Shown here piece after piece: positions 37,896 through 46,096 of a stretch of 64,000 nucleotides of DNA; positions within the stretch are counted from its first letter, which is position 1, and every line of letters begins with the position of its first letter. The notes beneath the pieces are model-generated. The model had not been told where the DNA came from, ran no database searches, and worked only from the letters and a program-made list of their open reading frames with translations. Origin of the DNA: an uncultured Eubacteriales bacterium (GTDB lineage: Bacteria; Bacillota; Clostridia; Oscillospirales; CAG-382); contig URJL01000003.1 in the NCBI GenBank assembly GCA_900548115.1, forward strand, positions 4,794-68,793, in the 5' to 3' direction. Both the position numbers and the translations under genes were made by a program.

Positions 37896-39332
37896 ATGAA
37901 CGCAAACGAGATCTACGAAAGCCCGTTTTCCGCCCGCTATGCTTCGAAAGAGATGCAATATCTTTTTTCGGCGCAGAAAAAGTTTTCCACATGGAGAAGA
38001 CTGTGGGTCGCTCTTGCCAAAGCCGAAAAAGAGCTGGGACTTGACATCACCGACGAACAGATAAACGAAATGGAATCGCACGTGGACGATATCAATTTCG
38101 ACGTGGCAAAGGCGCGCGAAAAAGAGGTGCGTCACGACGTTATGTCGCACATTTACGCCTACGGAAAGCAGTGCCCCAAGGCGGCGCCCATCATTCATCT
38201 CGGCGCAACCTCCTGCTATGTCGGCGACAACACCGATGTGATCATCATGCGCGACGCGATGCACCTTATTTTGAAAAAGCTGGTCGGCGTGATCGCCAAT
38301 CTTTCGGATTTTGCCTTGCAATACAAAGATATGCCCTGTCTCGGATATACGCACTTGCAGCCGGCGCAGACGACGACGGTCGGCAAGCGCGCGACCCTTT
38401 GGATAAACGAGCTTTACTGCGACGTAAAAGAGCTTCGCTTCCGTCTTGCGGAGCTGAAGCTTCTCGGATCGAAGGGAACAACGGGCACGCAGGCAAGCTT
38501 TATGGAGCTTTTCGGCGGCGACGGCGAAAAGGTCAAGAAGATGGAGGAGCTGATCTGCCGCGAATTCGGCTTTGACGCCTATGTTCCCGTTTCGGGACAG
38601 ACCTATTCCCGCAAGGTCGACGCGGGAATCCTCTCGACTCTTTCGCAGATCGCGCAGAGCGCGTATAAATTTTCGAACGATATGCGCCTTTTGCAGTCGT
38701 TCAAGGAAATGGAGGAACCCTTTGAAAAGAACCAGGTCGGTTCGTCCGCCATGCCGTACAAGCGCAACCCCATGCGCTGCGAGCGCATTTCGGCGTTGGC
38801 GCGCTATATCATCACCGATTCGCTGAACCCCGCTTTCACCGCCGGCACGCAGTGGTTCGAGCGCACGCTCGACGATTCCGCCAACAAGCGTATCGCCGTT
38901 GCCGAAGCGTTTTTGGCGTGCGACGGCATGCTCGATATTATGCTGAACGTCACCGACGGGCTGGTGGTATACCCCAAGATGATCCGTGCGCGGCTGATGA
39001 ACGAGCTTCCCTTCATGGCGAGCGAAAACATCATGATGGACGCGGTGAAAAAGGGCGGCAACCGTCAGGAATTGCATGAGCGCATCCGCGTTCATTCGAT
39101 CGCGGCAGGCAAGAACGTCAAAGAAGAGGGCGGCAAAAACGACCTCATCGAACGAATCCTCGCCGACCCCGCTTTCGGACTTTCCGCCGAGGAAGTGGAA
39201 AAATCGCTCACGCCCGAGCATTACGTCGGCCGTGCCCCGCAGCAGGTCGAGGAATTCATCGCGGAGTATATCCGCCCGCTGCTCGAAGAGTTTTCGGGTG
39301 ATATCGAACGCAAGGCGACGCTTGCGGTGTGA
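37896..39332 (+). CDS. purB: adenylosuccinate lyase
   Basis: ORF 37728..39332; start moved to ATG 37896 (MNANEIYESPFSARYASKEM...). Lyase-1 signature GSSAMPYKRNP. Confidence 0.9.
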   Translation: MNANEIYESPFSARYASKEMQYLFSAQKKFSTWRRLWVALAKAEKELGLDITDEQINEMESHVDDINFDVAKAREKEVRHDVMSHIYAYGKQCPKAAPIIHLGATSCYVGDNTDVIIMRDAMHLILKKLVGVIANLSDFALQYKDMPCLGYTHLQPAQTTTVGKRATLWINELYCDVKELRFRLAELKLLGSKGTTGTQASFMELFGGDGEKVKKMEELICREFGFDAYVPVSGQTYSRKVDAGILSTLSQIAQSAYKFSNDMRLLQSFKEMEEPFEKNQVGSSAMPYKRNPMRCERISALARYIITDSLNPAFTAGTQWFERTLDDSANKRIAVAEAFLACDGMLDIMLNVTDGLVVYPKMIRARLMNELPFMASENIMMDAVKKGGNRQELHERIRVHSIAAGKNVKEEGGKNDLIERILADPAFGLSAEEVEKSLTPEHYVGRAPQQVEEFIAEYIRPLLEEFSGDIERKATLAV

Positions 39333-39356
39333 TATATCGTGTTGTTTTTATAAAGA

Positions 39357-39390
39357 AAAGCTCCCGCCGAGAGGCGGGAGCTTTGTCTGC
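39357..39390 (+). terminator. intrinsic terminator after purB
   Basis: 12-bp stem AAAGCTCCCGCC (39357-39368) / GGCGGGAGCTTT (39373-39384) with a GAGA loop; the U-tract is weak. Confidence 0.55.
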
Positions 39391-39582
39391 CGATGCGTTT
39401 TTTTCGTAGGATTGGTCATAAAGCAGGCGATCAAAAGCGTTTCGCTTTTGACTGAATATAAAAATCATATCATCAGGAGATTCTTAAGGGCACAGCCCCT
39501 GAGTTTCCTTTCTTTTTGGTTACTTTTTCTTTCCGAAAAGAAAAAAAGTAACTTTGCCCGAAAAAGGGACAGACGTGTTGCA

Positions 39583-39904
39583 TTACGGTTTGTTACAACG
39601 CCAACGAATCGGATTTTCATATATGTAGTTTCGGTGTTCTTCATAATCCGCTGCGTTTCGGATGATGTGGTTGTAAAATGATTTTTGCCAAACGGTTGCG
39701 TCCACTCGTCTTGATACATATCCTTTCAATTGATTGACAACCCGCGACATTGTAGGGGCGACCATCGGTCGCCCCTACACTCTTCCCAAAACGGTTTTGT
39801 TTTCCTAAAGTGCAAATTGTGATAAAATAGGTGCCGCAGGTGCTGTAATCGTAATTTTCCAAACGATTTTTCATTCGCACAGGAAATTCTTTTTTCTTTT
39901 CCAT
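39583..39904 (-). pseudogene. internally deleted, frameshifted Y1 (IS200/RAYT-like, COG1943-type) transposase remnant
   Basis: Frame A (39904 down) reads MEKKKEFPVRMKNRLENYDYSTCGTYFITICTLGKQNRFGKSVGATDGRP... Frame B (to the stop at 39583) reads GRPMVAPTMSRVVNQLKGYVSRRVDATVWQKSFYNHIIRNAADYEEHRNYIYENPIRW. Both ends look like this family, but the central HUH-containing portion is absent and the frames differ. Confidence 0.6.
39751..39779. repeat. perfect palindrome (13-bp stem, 3-nt loop) at the deletion/frameshift junction
   Basis: TGTAGGGGCGACC (39751-39763), ATC, GGTCGCCCCTACA (39767-39779), read directly. Confidence 0.95.
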
Positions 39905-39935
39905 TTGTCACTGTCCCGTTACGCAAAGGCGGAAG

Positions 39936-40736
39936 TTACTTTTCCCCCGCCGACTTCCGATACTCTTTCGGCGTTTTTCCCGTGACGCGCTTAAAGACCT
40001 TGCGGAAGTATGCCGCCGACTCGAAGCCCAGCTCTTCGCTGATCTCTTCGATCGTTTTATCCTCCGACACAAGACGCAGCATGGCGCGGTTTATGCAGAC
40101 GGAGTTTTTGTATTCGATGGGCGACATTCCGACGGCGTTTTTGAAGCAGGCGTAAAAATGCGAGGTACTCATGTGGCAAACCTCGGCAAGCTCGTCCACC
40201 GTGACGGGGAGTGTGTAGTGCATTCCGATATATTCGAGCGCCTTTTCGACGCGGTTGTCGCGACTTTGCATATCCTTGTACCGAAGCCGCGGCACAACCT
40301 CGGACAGAACCTCATAAAAAGCCCCCAGTGCGCGAAGCTGTTCCGATTCATCGCCGCCGCAGTTTTGATACGCCGTCTCGAAAAGCGTCCGCATGCGCAC
40401 AAAATCGATTCCTTCGACCTTTTGCACGGGAAAATCCCGTTTGGACGTGAAAAGATTATACCCCTCAAACGAAAAATGAAAGCTTGTGTAGTGAATTTCG
40501 GGGTCGCCCTCCCACTCGGAAAGATAACGCGAGGTGACGGGGACAAAGATGATATCCCCCGGAACGAGGCTCACACAGTCTTTTTCCCGATAAAAACACG
40601 CTTTTCCGCGCAAGGTCAGCCCCATGCAGTAATGCGGGCGGGGATAGTGGCGGAAATCGCAGATCTCATGCGTTTTGTAATGATAATCGCCGACCTTGAA
40701 AAACGAAAGCTTGGTTAAGGACGCGACGTCGGACAT
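39936..40736 (-). CDS. AraC-family transcriptional regulator
   Basis: ORF 39936..40811; start moved to ATG 40736 behind GAGGTGAAAG. Cupin-like N-terminal domain and C-terminal double HTH (VDELAEVCHMSTSHFYACFKNAVGMSPIEYKN...GFESAAYFRKVFKRVTG). Confidence 0.85.
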   Translation of the reverse strand: MSDVASLTKLSFFKVGDYHYKTHEICDFRHYPRPHYCMGLTLRGKACFYREKDCVSLVPGDIIFVPVTSRYLSEWEGDPEIHYTSFHFSFEGYNLFTSKRDFPVQKVEGIDFVRMRTLFETAYQNCGGDESEQLRALGAFYEVLSEVVPRLRYKDMQSRDNRVEKALEYIGMHYTLPVTVDELAEVCHMSTSHFYACFKNAVGMSPIEYKNSVCINRAMLRLVSEDKTIEEISEELGFESAAYFRKVFKRVTGKTPKEYRKSAGEK

Positions 40737-40767
40737 TTCTTTCACCTCGAATCTTTTGCTTTTTCGG

Positions 40768-41883
40768 TCAGGAAAGCGGAACTCCGTTGACCTCGATCTC
40801 TTCGTCGGCACGAATTAAAATATATTTTGTCCCGCCGATGATCTGAGTCGAAATAAGATCGGTGCGGTCGGGATTGACCTTGATCGAAACATCGGGGGTT
40901 TTGACGCTGAAAGTCTTCAAGTCGAGAAGATTCTGCGGAGGAATCTCCGCGTGTTCGCCGAAGCTTTCGTCAAATTTCGCGCAAAAAGCTTCGGTTTGCT
41001 TTTCGTCCGCGCCGCCCGATTGCAACGCTTCGGTCAAAACGCGCTTATTTAAGAAAAGCGGTTCTTCGGTTTTCTCGTTTTTGTGTTCTTCGACCATTTC
41101 GCAGATCTGACTGTGTACCGAGCGCAGAATCTCGAAATCGCCGCTCACCGTCTCGGCAAGACAGCCGTCGAAATTTTCTCGCTGCTGCGCCGCCGGCATA
41201 GGGAGCGAGAGTCCGAAAAGCCGCTCGGCAAGCGCTTCGCCGCCGCCCGTGATGTCGCGAGTGTAAAAGAGCGTGTTGTAAATGTTTTCGTTTCGGTTGT
41301 CAAAGGCGGGGAACAAAAATCCCACCTCGGGCGCACCCAGAACCGCACCGCCCGTCAGCGTGTGAAAGGCGTTGTCAAAAGCGTTGAAGGTCAACTGCGG
41401 TTTTAAGTCCTTTATCGGACAAACGCAGGCGACGATATAGGAGTAAACCGATTCCGACACTTCTTTTCGCTCGCCGTCGCGGTGGCGGGTGAATACGTCA
41501 TAGGTGTCGCTCGCAGCCAAAAGCACATGATTGCCCTCGCCCGAAATATTCTCGGCGACGCGCGTATAAAACGTTTCGAGCGCTGTTTCATCCTTGAGCG
41601 CCGAGCGTTTGAGCGCCATGAGCAGACGGTGTTCGTCGGAGTTTTCGACCTGGTGCGTCGAAAAAGCAAGATCCAATAGGTTCGTGCCGAGACCGCCCGA
41701 AAGGGTGCGTTTTAAGAGCGAAAGCAGCTTTTCGGTCTCGCTCGATTCCGAAAGCTCGGTCGATTGCCGAAACCGTGCGACGATCTCGCGGCGATCGTTA
41801 ATGAGACAGCCGTATACGGCGGTGATATTGGTTTTTTCGGGATTGAAATGGCGGCGTATCTCCCGCAGTTCACGTTCGGTCAT
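40768..41883 (-). CDS. conserved hypothetical protein (probably the clostridial DUF4317 family)
   Basis: 371-aa clean ORF beginning MTERELREIRRHFNPEKTNITAVYGCLIN..., with no recognisable catalytic motifs. The DUF4317 assignment is from memory only. Confidence 0.5.
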   Translation of the reverse strand: MTERELREIRRHFNPEKTNITAVYGCLINDRREIVARFRQSTELSESSETEKLLSLLKRTLSGGLGTNLLDLAFSTHQVENSDEHRLLMALKRSALKDETALETFYTRVAENISGEGNHVLLAASDTYDVFTRHRDGERKEVSESVYSYIVACVCPIKDLKPQLTFNAFDNAFHTLTGGAVLGAPEVGFLFPAFDNRNENIYNTLFYTRDITGGGEALAERLFGLSLPMPAAQQRENFDGCLAETVSGDFEILRSVHSQICEMVEEHKNEKTEEPLFLNKRVLTEALQSGGADEKQTEAFCAKFDESFGEHAEIPPQNLLDLKTFSVKTPDVSIKVNPDRTDLISTQIIGGTKYILIRADEEIEVNGVPLS

Positions 41884-41927
41884 AGTATTTTTCGCCGCAC
41901 AAAAGACGGCTTGTCCTTTCCGTTTGA

Positions 41928-42464
41928 TTATGAAAACGCTTCTCCCGCGCGCGGGGGCAGACAGTCGAACCCCCGCGAGGCAAGACGAAGCCAGCTTTTT
42001 TTCGATTTTTCGTATTCTCTTTTTTCCCGGCGAAGGTGCGCGGACGCTCTTCTCTTATCCGAAAGCTTGGCGGCGTACCCCGCAAGAAGGTGCAGAGGGA
42101 ACAGCAATGCTTGTACGACGTGCCGAATAAGGGAAAGAAGAAAAGAGAGTATTTTTTGCACGCTCGGCGAAAAAAGCGTGCGGTACAGCCGAAAGCCGAT
42201 GATGGCAAGCACGGCGTGATACCATCGCAGGATCCCGTTTTCTTCGTTCAGCGCGCAGACGAAAAGCGCGCTGTAACAAAACAGAACCGAAAACAGATCG
42301 GCAAAAAATACGGCGGCTCGGTTTTTGCCGACAAGGCGGCAAAAAAGATCGAGAAGATCGCGCAGAAAGCCCGAGAGTCCCCCGACCGCAAGCGACATGA
42401 GCAGAAGCGGCAGGGGATTCGCCGAAAAGAATACCGTGCCTTTGAAAAACTCGTTTTCCATCAC
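41928..42464 (-). CDS. yabQ: spore cortex biosynthesis protein YabQ-like membrane protein
   Basis: Hydrophobic multi-TM N-terminal two thirds. The start overlaps the yabP stop by 4 nt, and the position after yabP matches the Bacillus yabP-yabQ order. The C-terminal basic tail is unusually long. Confidence 0.6.
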   Translation of the reverse strand: MMENEFFKGTVFFSANPLPLLLMSLAVGGLSGFLRDLLDLFCRLVGKNRAAVFFADLFSVLFCYSALFVCALNEENGILRWYHAVLAIIGFRLYRTLFSPSVQKILSFLLSLIRHVVQALLFPLHLLAGYAAKLSDKRRASAHLRREKREYEKSKKSWLRLASRGFDCLPPRAGEAFS

Positions 42465-42775
42465 GTATCGTCACGCCCGCCGAGGCGGCGAAAGAACCCG
42501 CCGCGTCGGGACTTTGCGGCACTTTCGGAATAATAAACGGAATCGGTCCTTCCCGTGATCTCCACCTCGCCCGTATCTTTGCCGAAGCAGTCGATTACCA
42601 GCCCTTCGCCCTCGAGACAAAGGCTTTTTTCGCCGACATCCAAAACGACGCATTCGTCGTCAAAGCGCAAAATGCCGTAAACACCTGTGATACGGGCTTT
42701 TTTCCGATCGGTGAGCAAAAGGGTATGCGCGGTCTTGACCGGGCGCGTTTCCTCCGTTTTTTCCATGTTTCCCAC
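42461..42775 (-). CDS. yabP: sporulation protein YabP
   Basis: HTLLLTDRKKARITGVYGILRFDDECVVLDVGEKSLCLEGEGLVIDCF...GEVEITGRTDSVYY matches the YabP pattern. Confidence 0.8.
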   Translation of the reverse strand: MGNMEKTEETRPVKTAHTLLLTDRKKARITGVYGILRFDDECVVLDVGEKSLCLEGEGLVIDCFGKDTGEVEITGRTDSVYYSESAAKSRRGGFFRRLGGRDDT

Positions 42776-42850
42776 ACTCCTCTCGCAACATCTATATGTC
42801 GTGCGGCGGGAGAAAATGCGGTTTGCAGGCGTACCGTGCGAATTTTCGAT

Positions 42851-43093
42851 TTATTCGAGTGCCTCGTACATCAGCGCCGCGTCTTTTTTCAGCGCATGCT
42901 CGCTGACATCAAGTACGCGGATTTTTACGGTGCGGCTCCCGAAGGTGATTGTCAGAACGTCGCCGACCTTCACGTCATAGGACGCTTTGGCGGGGCGGTC
43001 GTTTACCGTCACAAGCGCGTTGTCGCAGGCGTCGTTGGCGACCGTGCGTCGTTTTATTATGCGCGAAACCTTTAAATATTTATCGAGTCTCAT
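42851..43093 (-). CDS. yabO: S4-domain RNA-binding protein (YabO-like)
   Basis: MRLDKYLKVSRIIKRRTVANDACDNALVTVNDRPAKASYDVKVGDVL is an S4 fold; synteny between mazG (yabN) and yabP. Confidence 0.8.
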   Translation of the reverse strand: MRLDKYLKVSRIIKRRTVANDACDNALVTVNDRPAKASYDVKVGDVLTITFGSRTVKIRVLDVSEHALKKDAALMYEALE

Positions 43094-43107
43094 TTTTTAT
43101 CCTTATT

Positions 43108-43144
43108 TTATCCTCAGAAAATAAAAAATGTCCCATGCGCTTAG
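43108..43144 (-). terminator. intrinsic terminator after hup
   Basis: 11-bp stem ATGTCCCATGC (43118-43128) / GCATGGGACAT (43134-43144); on the - strand it is followed by TTTTTTATTTT. Confidence 0.8.
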
Positions 43145-43167
43145 CATGGGACATACGGAAAAAATTC

Positions 43168-43449
43168 TTACTTAGCCTTTGCTACAGCGTCTTTGAGAGC
43201 CTGTCCGGCGGTGAACTTCGGACGCTTGGTGGCGGGGATCATTTTCTTTTCGCCGGTTGCGGGAATTCTTGCTTCTTTTGCGGCGCAATCCTTAACGCTG
43301 AAGGTGCCGAAACCGATAACCTGAACCTTTTCGCCTGCGGCGAGAGCCTCGGTCATGGAAGCAAAAACGGCGGCAACGGCCTTGGAAGCCTGATCCTTAG
43401 TCAAATTTGCGCTCTGCGCAACGGAAGCAATCATTTCTGTCTTGTTCAT
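43168..43449 (-). CDS. hup: HU-family DNA-binding protein
   Basis: MNKTEMIASVAQSANLTKDQASKAVAAVFASMTEALAAGEKVQVIGFGTFSVK... is typical of HU. Confidence 0.9.
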   Translation of the reverse strand: MNKTEMIASVAQSANLTKDQASKAVAAVFASMTEALAAGEKVQVIGFGTFSVKDCAAKEARIPATGEKKMIPATKRPKFTAGQALKDAVAKAK

Positions 43450-43546
43450 TGGAAAAAATCTCCTTTAAGAATTTGGTATGGTCTTATTATACTCAATTTT
43501 TGCCGAAATTGCAATAACTTCTTGGGTAAAATCGCGTACCTTTTTG

Positions 43547-44374
43547 TTATTTTGCGCTGTTTTTCGGCTCTTTTTTCGCAATTTTCCACGCGGCAAGCCA
43601 TTTATTTACATCTCGTTCACATGCCGCGCATTTTTCCTTTTCGAGAAGCTCTTCGGCACGGGCAAAGCGGGAAAGAAACTTTTCGTTGGTGCGACACAGC
43701 GCTTCCTCGGCGTCCACGCCGTTCATGCGGGCGAAGCACGCCGCCGCGAAGAGCAGATCGCCGATCTCCTCGGAGAGGTTTTCCGCGTCCTTTTTCTCGT
43801 GCGCCGCGCACAGCTCGGAGAATTCCTCCCGAAGCTTTTCGAGCGCTTCGTCATCGGTCTGAAAGGCAAAGCCGACCTTTGCCGCTTTCTTTTGCAGTTT
43901 TTGTGCCCGCACGAGCGACGGCAGTGCGACCGAGACACCGCGCAGGGTGTCGGCGGCGGAGCTTTGGCGCTTTTCGACCTTCTTGATCTCGTCCCAATTT
44001 TGGAGGACCGCATCGGAATTTTCACAGACCGTTTCGCCGAAGACGTGCGGATGGCGCAGGATCAGCTTTTTGCAGATCCCGTCGGCAACGTCGTCCAGAT
44101 CGAAAACGCCCTCTTCTTCGGCGATACGGGCGTGAAAAACCACCTGCAAGAGAACGTCGCCAAGTTCTTCCTTCAAAATGGCGTCGTCGCCCTTGTCGAT
44201 TCCCTCGACCGCCTCGTAGGCTTCTTCAAGGAAAGAATTCCGAATGGATTTATGCGTCTGCTCCCGATCCCACGGACAGCCGTCTTCGCTTCGCAAAAGG
44301 CACATAATGGTGCGAAGATCGTCGACGGTGTAGGCGCTTTTCGAAAGAAGCTCTCGCTTTTTTGTCAGTTCCAT
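43547..44374 (-). CDS. mazG: nucleoside triphosphate pyrophosphohydrolase MazG (YabN-like)
   Basis: ORF 43547..44413; start moved to ATG 44374 (MELTKKREL...). Two MazG repeats: EEAYEAVEGID...LGDVLLQVVFHARIAEE and EEFSELCAA...EEIGDLLFAAACFARMNG. Confidence 0.85.
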   Translation of the reverse strand: MELTKKRELLSKSAYTVDDLRTIMCLLRSEDGCPWDREQTHKSIRNSFLEEAYEAVEGIDKGDDAILKEELGDVLLQVVFHARIAEEEGVFDLDDVADGICKKLILRHPHVFGETVCENSDAVLQNWDEIKKVEKRQSSAADTLRGVSVALPSLVRAQKLQKKAAKVGFAFQTDDEALEKLREEFSELCAAHEKKDAENLSEEIGDLLFAAACFARMNGVDAEEALCRTNEKFLSRFARAEELLEKEKCAACERDVNKWLAAWKIAKKEPKNSAK

Positions 44375-44413
44375 ATTTATTCTCCGAATTTTCTTTTTGT
44401 TTTTTCGTTTCAC

Positions 44414-46081
44414 TTACCCGAGAAGGTGCGCTTTTTTCAGAACGCGCAGAATCGTCTCGGATTTGGGAAGCATTTTGATATCCTCTTCGTTCAGTCCGCG
44501 AAGCAGTAAAAGAGCGGCACAGTAGACCACGCCCGCAAGGCCGATGGCAAGAATTGTCAGAAGCTTTGCCGAAAAATGATCGTACAAAAGTCGATAGACC
44601 CCGAGACAGGGAACTACACAGATGAGCGCGGCGAGAAAGGGCTTTAGGAAGGTCGTGCGGATGCGCGGAAAATATCCGACCTTTTTCACGATAAAGAAGA
44701 TGTTAAACAGCATAATGACGGCATAGCAAAGAGCTGTTCCGACGGCGGCGCCGGTAAGTCCCACGGCGGGAATGCCGAGAAGGATATACGAAGCGATAAA
44801 TTTAATGATGATTCCGCAGACCGTCGAAACGATGGTCAGATTCTGCTGATGATACGCCTGCAAAACCGAATTGGATACGGCGATCATGCCGAGGAAAAAG
44901 ACCGAAAGTCCCAAGATCGCGAGGCACGGAGCGGCAACGTCGAGGTTGGTGACGGTCGTCGTGTCGGAAAGCGCCTTTTCATGATACAAAAGCGAAAGAA
45001 TGGGGCGCGCCATTGCCGACATGCCGAGCGCACAGGGAAAAGCGACGATCGAGGCGACGCGGAAGGAGGAATCCATCAGCGTGTGCGCTTTCTTCGTGTC
45101 ACCGGCGGAAAAGCAGGTGGCAAGCGCGGGAAGCGCGCTGATCGCAAAGGGATAAATGAGGGTCGTCGGCATATTAAAGAGCGTTTTTGGCATGGCATAA
45201 GCGCCGTAGCTTGTCGTCGCAATATCGTTTGCGGCGGCGATGAGAGAAGCATCGGTGATTCCGGCGGTCGCCCCCTCGGTGAGACGGCGCACGACCAAAA
45301 CGGCGTCCAGCGAGCTTGTAAGCCCCATGATGGACGAGGCGAGCGAGATCGGAATCGAGATGATGATCAGCTCATATAAAAGGCTTTTGGTGCTTCGGAC
45401 GGGCATGGAGGGCGTTTCGGCTTCCTTGAAGCTTTGCGCAAACATCTTTTTGAATACGATGATGTAAAGGGTCGCCGCCGCAACGCCGATGGTGACGCCC
45501 GAGATCGAAAAGGCGGCAACGACCGCGATCGGATAGCCTCTTTTCAGCATGACCCAACCGACAATAAGACCGATCGAGAGCTTTCCGAGCGATTCAATGA
45601 CCTGAGAAACCCCGGTCGGGATCATGTTCTGAAGACCTTGAAAATAGCCGCGGTAAGCGGAGGAGAGACAGATAAAGAAAAGTGTCGGCGCAATGGCAAG
45701 CATAGCGTAAAAGGCGTTATCTAACTTTGCAAAGGAGGCGTACGGCTTGGCGATCGCCATCATAATGGCCGTTGCGGCGATACCGATGACAAAAAACGCC
45801 CAATAGGAAATGCGGAAGATCTTCTGAACCTCGCGTTCGTTTCCCGCCGCATTGCTCGAGGCGATCATACGCGAAATGGCGACCGGGATACCCGCCGTCG
45901 AGATCATGTAAAACGAGACGTAAATGTCATATGCCGCCTGAAAATATGCCATACCCTCGTCACCGAGAATGTAGTTTTGAAGCGGAATTTTAAACAACGC
46001 ACCGATGAGCTTGACCGTTATGTTGGAAATCATAAGGATCACGGCGCCGAACATAAAGGTTTGTCCTTTGGATTTTGCCAT
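44414..46081 (-). CDS. MOP-superfamily polysaccharide/lipid II flippase-like protein (SpoVB/YabM-like)
   Basis: 555 aa, about 14 predicted TM segments. N-terminus FGAVILMISNITVKLIGALFKIPLQNYILGDEGMAYF. Its position upstream of mazG matches Bacillus yabM. Confidence 0.75.
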   Translation of the reverse strand: MAKSKGQTFMFGAVILMISNITVKLIGALFKIPLQNYILGDEGMAYFQAAYDIYVSFYMISTAGIPVAISRMIASSNAAGNEREVQKIFRISYWAFFVIGIAATAIMMAIAKPYASFAKLDNAFYAMLAIAPTLFFICLSSAYRGYFQGLQNMIPTGVSQVIESLGKLSIGLIVGWVMLKRGYPIAVVAAFSISGVTIGVAAATLYIIVFKKMFAQSFKEAETPSMPVRSTKSLLYELIIISIPISLASSIMGLTSSLDAVLVVRRLTEGATAGITDASLIAAANDIATTSYGAYAMPKTLFNMPTTLIYPFAISALPALATCFSAGDTKKAHTLMDSSFRVASIVAFPCALGMSAMARPILSLLYHEKALSDTTTVTNLDVAAPCLAILGLSVFFLGMIAVSNSVLQAYHQQNLTIVSTVCGIIIKFIASYILLGIPAVGLTGAAVGTALCYAVIMLFNIFFIVKKVGYFPRIRTTFLKPFLAALICVVPCLGVYRLLYDHFSAKLLTILAIGLAGVVYCAALLLLRGLNEEDIKMLPKSETILRVLKKAHLLG

Positions 46082-46096
46082 GCCACACCTGCTTTC

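Noticed and set aside
39400-41900. An integrated mobile element spanning the transposase remnant, the AraC gene and the DUF4317-like gene.
   Set aside because: I found no integrase, flanking direct repeats or tRNA target. Only the roughly 530-bp stretch at 39400-39935 looks compositionally different.
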